DNA of 64,000 nucleotides from Octopus vulgaris (taxonomy: Eukaryota): NCBI GenBank assembly GCA_951406725.2, contig OX597817.1, forward strand, positions 50,406,001 through 50,470,000, given 5' to 3'. The notes beneath the pieces are model-generated. The model was not told the origin of the DNA. It did no database searches and saw only the letters and a list, made by a program, of their open reading frames with translations. This document shows positions 54,616-64,000 of this stretch, one piece after another. Position numbers and translations under genes: made by a program. Each line of letters opens with the position of its first letter. Positions within the stretch are counted from its first letter, which is position 1.

Positions 54616-56646
54616 ACACTTCAATGATTTTCACGACAGTGACAATTGAAAATTTACCGCATTCGATATTATATACTTTTATTCTTCCCTTAACTTAATC
54701 ACTTTCCCACAAATCAAGGAGTTACGTAAGTACCACCCTGCAAACTTGGAATTCTGACATCAAGATAATTTTTGTCTCCAAAAGTTTCTTGGGTTTCTGT
54801 TGTTATACTTATTTACATGACACGAATTGAGTTATAGTTAGGTGAACTTATTGAAAAATATATTGTGCAAGTTCTTCAAAAAATTTCTAAATTATTAAAA
54901 AACCTCCACAATATTTTATATTTTCACATAACACGAATGGTCAAAATATATGTAGGTTATGTACAAAGAATTTTATGAATTAAGGCGTTGAGCTGGCAGA
55001 AATGTTAGCACGCCGGGCGAAATACTTAGCGGATTTCGTTGTCTTTACGTTCTGAGATAAAATTGCGCCTATGTCGACTTTGCTAAACGGCATCTTGTTA
55101 TTGACACCAAATTATTAGCTAGTGGAATCGTAAATTCAATTATACCTAACCAAAAATAACTAATACCACTGCAAATTTCTTTGAGAAATTCTGTGAAAAA
55201 TGAATAGGTCGAAATAATAGGTAGATAATACAAGGTTATTGTATATCAAAAATTCGATTAAAATAATTGAAAAAATACGATGTTTACTAATTAGGTCTTT
55301 TGGCTTCTCTTGGGATTATTGATTAAAATCGCTTTGATATATTTTATCTGTGGAATCGCATTTATGAATTACTTTGTTATAATTATGAGAAATATTATTC
55401 ATTGGTGAGAAGTATAAGCATTGCCTTGTTGGGCAATAAATTTCCTAGGATTGTAGAAGAATATTTTGCATCGTTATTGATATAGATATCATTTATTTAG
55501 TATTCTATCATGGTAGAATTTATTCATTTCTAATATTCAAGAACGCACTGAAAAATTTACTAAGTTGACATAAATGTCAGCTATAATGCGCAAATTTACT
55601 TTTTCGTAAGACTTGATAAAAGTTGGTTTTGGTTTATAGTTTGCAAAATGGTGGATGTGAATCTGTGAGTTGTAACATATTTTGTGGTATCTCTGGAGTG
55701 GGAGTCATTGCGCTAATAATAAACACCCTCGCTATTTCTATTTCTTTTCTTAATTATTTCCTTTTGAGTTAATCAATTTTCCAACCAGTTGACAAACCTA
55801 AATGGTAGATCGTTTAACTGAACGGTTAAGTAAACAATCGATTAATTAATTGATTATATAGGTAACGAAATGATCAAAAATAATGAAGTGAAATAGAACC
55901 AGTGTGTGTACTGAATACTGGCATAATGACACTCCCGAGATTCACCAAATTCATAAAATTTTTTTCTACACGACACACAAGGCCCGACATTTTAGGGGAG
56001 GGAGCTAGCCGATAAGATCCACCACAGTATGCAACTGGTACTTAATTTATTGACCCCGAAAGGATGAAAGGCAAAGTCGACATAGGCGCAATTTTATCTC
56101 AGAACGTAAAGACAGACGAAATCCGCTAAGTATTTCTCCCGGCGTGCTAACATTACTGCCAGCTCAACGCCTTAATTCATAAAATTCTTTGTACATAACC
56201 TACATATATTTTGACCATTCGTGTTATGTGAAAATATAAAATATTGTGGAGGTTTTTTAATAATTTAGAAATTTTTTGAAGAACTTGCACAATATGTTTT
56301 TCAATAAGTTCACCTAACTATAACTCAATTCGTGTCATGTAAATAAGTATAACAACAGAAACCCAAGAAACTTTTGGAGACAAAAATCATCTTGATCTCA
56401 GAATTCCAAGTTTGCAGGGTGGTACTTACGTAACTCCTTGATTTGTGGGAAAGTGATTAAGTTAAGGGAAGAATAAAAGTATATAATATCGAATGCGGTA
56501 AATTTTCAATTGTCACTGTCGTGAAAATCATTGAAGTGTATTATTTACATAATTTACATTTGATGGATATTTGTCTTCATCTTGTTTGTTGTTAATACGA
56601 CTTATCGGCTGATATACGCTCCAGCCTTCATCAGGTGTCTTGTGGA
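54509..56646. repeat. ~575-bp near-identical inverted repeat (54509-55083 and 56071-56646) around a 987-bp spacer
   Basis: The arms are reverse complements, including about 350 bp not seen elsewhere in the window. I counted roughly eight differences by eye. Confidence 0.92.
55961..56172 (-). mobile_element. SINE family A with 13-bp TSD; its 5' part is duplicated at 54983-55083
   Basis: AATTCATAAAATT occurs at 55948-55960 and 56174-56186. Confidence 0.88.
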
Positions 56647-56876
56647 TATCACACTCACACTCGGATGCGCGTACAGACACATATATTATGAACTTAAGAC
56701 AAATTAGAATAGGTAATGTTATTTTATACAATATACCTTCTAATTTTCATCTCCCTCTTTCCATAACAAATTCCGTTGGTTCATTGTACAAATAAAAAAA
56801 ATTACACTCTAGTCAAATGTATTAACTCCAACCTTTTCTAGTGTAAAGGAATTTTAATAAAACATGAGAAGCATCA

Positions 56877-57390
56877 GGGTGGCAAGCTGGCAGAATCGTT
56901 AGCCCACCGAGTAAGGTACTTATCGGCATTTCGTCCGTCTTTACCTCCCGAGTTCAAATTCCTCCGAGATCGACTTTGCCTTTTATCCTTTCGGGGCCAA
57001 TAAATTAAGCAGCAGTTGCCTACTGGGGTCGATCTTATCGACTGGTCTCCTCCTCAAAAATTTCGAGCTTTGTGCCTTGAGTAGAAAAAAAAGAACATTA
57101 AAAGCAGCAAGACAGCAAGCTAGCAGAATCGTTATCACACCGACTGCGGTACTTAGCGGCATTTCATCTGTCTTCATGTTCTGAGTTCAAATACCGCCCA
57201 GGTCGACATTCCTGCCATCCTTTTGAGGGTCGATAAAAATAAGTACCAGTTGAACACTGGAGTCGATGGAATAAACTCATTTCCTCCTCCATAATTAATA
57301 CCTATGTGACAAAATTGGAAACCATTATTTCAGGCTCGATAAAATAAGTACAACTTCAGCACTGGAGCCGCTGTAATCTACATACTCCCC
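56877..57390 (+). mobile_element. Tandem SINE family A copies (two full, one partial)
   Basis: GGCAAGCTGGCAGAATCGTTAGC..GAGTTCAAAT..TAAGTACCAGTTGAACACTGG is repeated. Confidence 0.8.
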
Positions 57391-57400
57391 TTCTCTCTCA

Positions 57401-57445
<45 letters not shown>

Positions 57446-57562
57446 ATATATATATATATGTCCCAAGCTTCATTATTTTAGTGGGTCTCCTGTAATTATT
57501 TTAGTGGGTCAAATCTAAAAAGAAATTAAAATTTAGTGATTTATCATTCGTTAAATTGTGTA

Positions 57563-57785
57563 CAGTAATAACTCGACCATCGCGGATTCTACGTTACAAA
57601 ATCCTCAGCAATCGGTGAATATCCGCGAAGTAGAAACAGTACTGTACTGTATATATTTATTAATTATTTTTTATAATTTGTATATATTTATTTTATTATA
57701 AATGTAAACAGCACCACGGAGGAATCGACGTAAGCTTAAATGATAAACCGCGATAAGTGAACCGTGATATAGCGAGGAATTACTG
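57563..57785. mobile_element. Tigger/pogo-type MITE (223 bp) with TA target duplication
   Basis: TA|CAGTAATAACTCGACCATCGCGG ... CCGTGATATAGCGAGGAATTACTG|TA form imperfect TIRs. Confidence 0.7.
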
Positions 57786-58808
57786 TATTCATTTTTGGAA
57801 CGAAAGAGAGAGAGAGAGAGAGAGAGATTTGCCTGTATATGCCGAAATATGTTCATGTATGTATGAATGTTCAAGTTTTTCTATGTAAGTATACTGTAAA
57901 AACAAATGAAATATTTTTTTGTGGTGAATAAATTCGAGAAATATATTTCATTCCTATGATTACGCGACCGTGTTATTGCATTTATTCTTTGTGGCTAAAC
58001 TTTATAAATTTAATTTTAGCCATTGCAAAGGTGAAATCGCATTTAAGGTGTAGTATCCACGAAATACCCCAAGGTATATTATACTAATATATATACAAAC
58101 TCAGGCCTGCTGGAAGCTATTTTATATACTTGTACTTTTGATCTCAGATGATTAATAAATGACAGAGGTGGTAATTCAATCAATTCTGACATATATTTAT
58201 TCTCCGTCTTTTGGAATTCTGAAAATTATTGATGAAATAAATAAATGATTAATTTCTTTGATCAATTTATAGTTTTCTAATAGTGCGATATCAATGATTG
58301 AATAAAATGCAGTAAATGACGGAGATATATTTCATATAACACAAAGGGATGTAAAGTTAAATAAACTAGAGTAATATTTAAAACAAAAATGTAATCCAAA
58401 CGCCATCGTTTTTTTTTTCTGTTAACAGTCTATATTTCTCTAATTAAATAAATGACAATATTTTCATTGAACTCGCTAATCATGTTGAACTTATTGGTTT
58501 CTCTCGCTTCGTTTCCTCACATCTTTGTCTGACATAAAACGGACAGTGCATTGAAGTGAATATATATGTTAAGAGTGAAACTCGGGCGTATGGTTTGCCA
58601 CGTTATTTCAATCGTTATCAAGAATGTATTGGAATCATCTTAGATTATTTTGTGTTTTAAGCTGTTTCTTTCTTCGATACATTGGCGTAGATAACAGATT
58701 TTAATCAGCTAATCAACTGGGTAGCATCCAAGTATTTCTTATCTTGTGGCTCAACACCATATCCAAATCCAAATATAGACACATACATAAACATGTATAT
58801 ATATACAT

Positions 58809-58869
<61 letters not shown>

Positions 58870-59026
58870 ACAGTTACTTCTGTCGTCCCTTGCTGCACAA
58901 ATAGAGCGAGTTAATCAGTTGGATAACGTCCAAATAACCTGACACCTAAACCATGCACTTCCACCAAAATAAATAACTGTTTGGTGACGCTACGTAAATA
59001 CTTACATACAAACAAATGTGCAATTG

Positions 59027-59075
<49 letters not shown>

Positions 59076-59349
59076 TTATAATAAGTGTAGGTGGCATACG
59101 TGTGGGTAAATATATTTATAAAAAAGAAGTTTCCTTTATATATTTTTGAAATGTACTCTTAAGATATTTTATATGTTGTATATGCGTGGTTTGTTGTGTA
59201 TTGTGTCACTGTGTATATTCAGTGTTACATATCGTGTAATGGTACAGTGAATGTGTTTTCCGTTATGTTTTGTTCTTGTACAGTGTCTCGAATCTTGTTA
59301 TTGGAAAATTGATTGGAGAAAATGATTTGCATATTTATTTTGTTGCAAG

Positions 59350-59575
59350 TGCATGGCTTAGGCGTCAGGTTGTTTGACTAATGATCGTAAGCTTGCTGTT
59401 TCGATTATTGGAGCGATTGATGCATAGTTCTCTTGAGGATAACATTTCCTTTCACGTTACTACATTCCACTCGGCTAGTAAAATGAGTAGTCTGCTATGG
59501 AACGGCGTCCCGTCTAGAGAGGAACATATACACCAGAAAAGCCGGGAAAACGGCCCTTTGCGCCCCTTAAGGAAT
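59350..59575 (+). mobile_element. Old CORE-like tRNA SINE
   Basis: GCATGGCTTAG..GTTTCGATT..TCTTGAG..TTTCACGTT..CCACTCGGCT..AAAATGAGTA. Confidence 0.5.
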
Positions 59576-59662
59576 AATGCGAACTAACCATATTTATTTA
59601 GAATATTTGGAAGCAAATTAGAGTTTCATCATAAGCGAGCAACATTCTTACGGCGTATATTT

Positions 59663-59939
59663 TGTTTGTTCCTTCTCGTGCCACGCCTGGCTCATTAGCG
59701 CATAGGTTCCCCACCTGGACGGGACGCCGGTCCGTCGCAGGTGAGCTACAAGATGCAGGAGGAAAGAGTGAGAGAATGCTGTGGCGAAAGAGTCAGAAGT
59801 TCGCCATTACCTTCTGCCGGAGCCGCGTGGAGCTTAGGTGTTTCGCTCATAAACATACACATCACCCGGTTTGAAATTCGAACCCGCGATCCCTCGACCG
59901 CGAGTCTGCTGCTCTAACCACTAGGCCATGTGCCTCCAC
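59663..59939 (-). mobile_element. SINE family C
   Basis: Reverse complement of 39118-39416, with imperfect TSD CTTACG.CG.ATAT.TT. Confidence 0.9.
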
Positions 59940-60488
59940 TTACGACGAATATGTTCATAACACGCTCGATTCATAAGCACGAAGCATTCTGGAACCACCA
60001 TTGCTTCGGCATGGTTTTGTCACATCAGTCACACGTAGCACCTGACTAATGGTCCCGTTTACAACTTCAGCGAAAAAAAAAAAACAGCGTATCAGTGTCG
60101 TTACCCGCCAACCAATACGAAACCGTGATATGCAAGACGAACAGCGAGAATCAAAACAAGGATGAAAATAAAATGACAGCGACGTCATCCTTAATGTTGA
60201 GAATTATTTTACTATTTGCCATAAGGATTATACTACATGTGTCATAAAGATTAACTCCAAGCTGTCAAGGGGATTATGTTCTTGCGGTTGATTTACTGAT
60301 TGTTTTCAATTAACGGAAGTATCAATCATAATGGTTAATTCTCAGAGCCTTATTTCATCCACCAACGCGATAACGTCTTTGTCGTCATTCTACCTCTCTG
60401 CAATACTTAACCATTGCTCCTTCTGTTCGTCATTAACTGTAATTCTAGCTAATAAAATACCAACACACATATACATATATATATATAT

Positions 60489-60541
<53 letters not shown>

Positions 60542-60639
60542 TTGAGTGAGAATTGCATATGTATATACACACATATATATACAGGTATGTATATATATAT
60601 ATATATATACAAGTAGTTATATATGTATATATAACTATG

Positions 60640-60707
<68 letters not shown>

Positions 60708-60767
60708 CATATTTAAATATACAAATAGTTATATATGTATATATTACTATATATATGTACATGTGTG

Positions 60768-60832
<65 letters not shown>

Positions 60833-61666
60833 GTATGTATGTATATATACACCTAGACGAACGTGCAAATGCACATGCATATCCATAAATACATAAATCA
60901 TTTGTCCGTCTTTTGTCGATGGAAATCAATAAAAAAGGAGAATAAGAGAAAAAATTTTCAAGAAAACACAAGAAGAAACGAAGAAAAGATAGACAGAAAA
61001 ACAATAATAAAAAGCAAGAAACTAAATAAACTTGGTCCAATGAGCGAGTGAAGGGAGAGAGTGTGTGGGAATGGGAGAAAAAGGATTATGAACTAAAATT
61101 AGAGAGTGAGAGGCAAGGGTGGGAAGGAAAGGGGATTAGAGTGATGTGTGAAAATATGTTAAATTTATTGAAATATTTCACTAAAATGATAATATATTTT
61201 TTTCATGCGGCACAAACTATTTCACTTGAGCAATTGTTCTTTGGGATATAGCCACGATAACTCGAATCTTTCCATTCAAATGTATGCGTTTGTATGCATG
61301 TATGCATGTATGTCTCTTCTATATTTTAAAATTATTATAAATTTTCCACTGAAGAGGAAGCCTGTTTCCAACAAATATACAAGGCTCCATCTTTGGGATA
61401 TAATTAACACACACTAATTCACATTTGGAACTTGAGAAAAATCTTGCATATATTTACTGTTCCACTCACAGATTGCAGTTGTATTGTACGAATCAGCCGG
61501 TCAATTTCGCTTTCTGAAAATCCCAGTTTTTTCCAGATTCTCCTTTAAGTATTTCCTAACCAAACCTAGCGCTCCAATTATTATTGGTATGAATATGAAT
61601 TCATAGTCTGGATAGAGAAGCTGGAGGTTTCGAAGCCGTTTTCCATAGATATCTTTTATTCTTTGA

Positions 61667-62038
61667 CTAGCAGTATCGCCCGGCGTTGCTCAGGTTTGTA
61701 AGGGAAATAACTATAAAGCATTTTTAGAGAGTTATAGCCAAAAAATGGAAAAAAATGATGGTAAATTTTTTTTGAGAGCTAAAAAAGGTGGAGTTGCGTC
61801 CCCTAGACGGTCTGTGGTTTGGGTTTCTGATTCTCGACCCCATGTCGAATTTATCGATTTTTTTTAGAACTGGGGGAACTTTTCAAAATTTTCGCTGCGT
61901 TAGTTTTGAATTATGACATTGGGCTATGTGTGTGTCAAGTTTCATCAGAATCGGTTGAAAGCCGTGGTCAGAGTGAGGGTACGAGAAAACAGACACACAG
62001 AAAACGCACAGACAAACTGCCGTTTATATAGAGAGAGA
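61667..62038 (-). mobile_element. Complete non-autonomous Helitron (372 bp)
   Basis: Minus strand reads A|TC...subterminal hairpin CCTGAGCAACGCCGGG...CTAG|T. No TSD. Confidence 0.75.
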
Positions 62039-62762
62039 TTTAGAAAGAGTTATATGTCTGTATGTATGTATGCATGTATGTATGTGTGTATGCATGCATG
62101 CATGTATGTATGTATGAATGTATGTATGTATGTATGTATGTATGTATGTATGTATGTATGTATGCATGCATGCATGCATGCATGTAAGCATGTGTGTATG
62201 TATATATCTGGGTAGGTATGTACAAGTTGTAAACCATTTTTTAACAAATTTACATTAGATAGAGCCGCTTGAAAGGGTTTTAACGAATTAACACATGTAC
62301 ATATTTGTTACTTAAATATATATTGTTCTCTTACCTTGAAATTTGTACCTCGGAAATACTACAGAAACTACCCTCATGAAAAGTACATTTCTGAAATACT
62401 AAGAGCAGATATCTCAACTTAGCTGCGTTGCGTTGTCTACACACAGGACATAAATATTGGGTAGGAATACACCTACACGGAGTCTTGATATTCAATATTC
62501 AAATAATATTGTTGGGGTGAGCAGGTTATTCTGAACTAAGGAGGTAACTCGATTTAAGTATCTAATCCAAATGAATCTTGGTCAACTGAATCATGGTCAA
62601 TGCGATGATCAAACGCTACACACGTTCCTTCCAAGCACTGCTGTAAGCAGCAGTGTGCCTGCAGTGCAAAGTTGAAGGTCAATCTGTACCAAGTGACTTC
62701 ACTCCGCGTTCTTTAGTTTCGTTACTATGGTAAGAGTACGGATACTTATTCATCTGACTACG

Positions 62763-62825
<63 letters not shown>

Positions 62826-62827
<2 letters not shown>

Positions 62828-62995
62828 CAAAAATTTAGATTGAAATGAATATGGTACTTAATTTAGATGCACCAGAATTTTGTATGGTGTTATCCGTAAC
62901 AATCTGTGGGGTGATTATAATTAAAATAAGCAACAAGAATGACTCCGGTAATAAGCAACAAATTAACGGAGTCATTCTTGTTGCTTATTTTGGAT
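62826..62995 (-). mobile_element. Penelope-like pseudo-LTR terminus with a 25-bp hairpin end, between (TA)n runs
   Basis: Same family as 21980 and 47834. AAAATAAGCAACAAGAATGACTCCG pairs with CGGAGTCATTCTTGTTGCTTATTTT. Confidence 0.65.
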
Positions 62996-63010
62996 ATATA
63001 TATATATATA

Positions 63011-63400
63011 GGCGCAGGAGAGGCTGTGTGACAAGTAGCTTGCTTCCCAGCCACATGGTTCCAGGTTCGGTCCCACTGCATGGCACCTTAAGTAAGTGCC
63101 TTCTACTATAGCCTCGGGTTGACCAGAGGCTTGAATTTGGCAGACGGAAACTGAAAGAAGCCTGTGGTATATATACATAAATGTGTGTGTGTGTGTGTGT
63201 GTTTGTCCACCCATCATCGTCTAACAGCCGATGCTGGTGTGCTTACATCCCGTGACTTAGCGGTGCGCCAAAAGAGGTCGATAGAGTAAGTTCTAGGCTT
63301 ACAAACTATAAGTCATTGGGTCAATTTGTTCGACTATAGTCCTTGCTCCAGTATGGCTGCAGTCAAATGACTGAAACAATTCAAAGAATAAAAGCATAAG
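63011..63400 (+). mobile_element. SINE family B
   Basis: Family B match. Confidence 0.88.
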
Positions 63401-63409
63401 AATATATAT

Positions 63410-63545
63410 ACACGGGCTTCTTTCAGTTTCTTCTACCAAATCCACTCACGAGGCTTTCGTCGGCTTCAGGCTATAATAAAAGACAGTTTCCCAAGATGCT
63501 ATGCAGTGGGACTGAACCAAAAGCATCTGGTTGGGAAGCAAGCTT
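63410..63545 (-). mobile_element. SINE family B, 5' half, inverted relative to its neighbour
   Basis: ACGGGCTTCTTTCAGTTTC..CCAAATCCACTCAC..CAGTGGGACTGAACC. Confidence 0.85.
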
Positions 63546-64000
63546 ATTGGAAATGTAGGCAGCGATAATTTTTGTCCAATGGCACGTATATTTCTTTTTT
63601 ATCTGTTACAAATTGGTGTTAGCGTTTACATTATTACATCATTTGTTGAAAAACTAGATATATATGTAAGTCGTTTGAATAACCTGATAAGTTTAGTCAA
63701 CCATTACATTATATTTTCACTTCCATGAATCTATAAAATATCATTGAATAAATGTAATTCCGATGTTGTTCCAAAAGACGTATGTGTTGCAGAATATATT
63801 TATAACAAATGTCGTACAGACACAATTTAGACTATGAGTCAGTAGCGCTTTTCAAACATCCGTATTTGTATATTTATAAAATATTTATTTCTATGGTATA
63901 TATTCTCTTACATTTCCTCCATATTTCAAAAACATATTTACGGTCCGTGGCTATGACAACATACAGCTATACATCGAGTGACATTCTTGTATACTGAGTC

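Overview
This is AT-rich, microsatellite-saturated animal genomic DNA. The SINE families and repeat landscape look like an octopus (coleoid cephalopod) genome, which is an inference from recall and not a search result. I cannot support any host protein-coding exon; most listed ORFs are translations of (TA)n, (CATA)n, (TAA)n, (CAT)n or (TCTA)n runs. All recognisable coding sequence is transposon-derived: a 5'-truncated R4/Dong-type non-LTR retrotransposon inside a (TAA)n tract (29422-31251), older fragments of the same type next to (TAA)n and (CATA)n, a Penelope-like GIY-YIG 3' end (22490-23054, minus), a decayed DD34D mariner (33245-34430) and a second mariner fragment. The non-coding repeats are about 30 tRNA-derived SINE copies in at least four families, two non-autonomous Helitrons and a Tigger-like MITE. 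Four things stand out. (1) Hammerhead-ribozyme cores occur in several unrelated Penelope-type pseudo-LTRs; the pair at 51092-51153 and 51539-51600 has intact cores. (2) A fold-back element at 54080-54615 combines a Pol III B-box, an (AAT)n tract and a hammerhead remnant, and is a candidate Penelope-mobilised SINE. (3) A recent ~575-bp inverted duplication appears to mark a ~1.5-kb inversion. (4) Different retroelement families appear to sit in different microsatellite types. All coordinates were read by eye and element ends are approximate.
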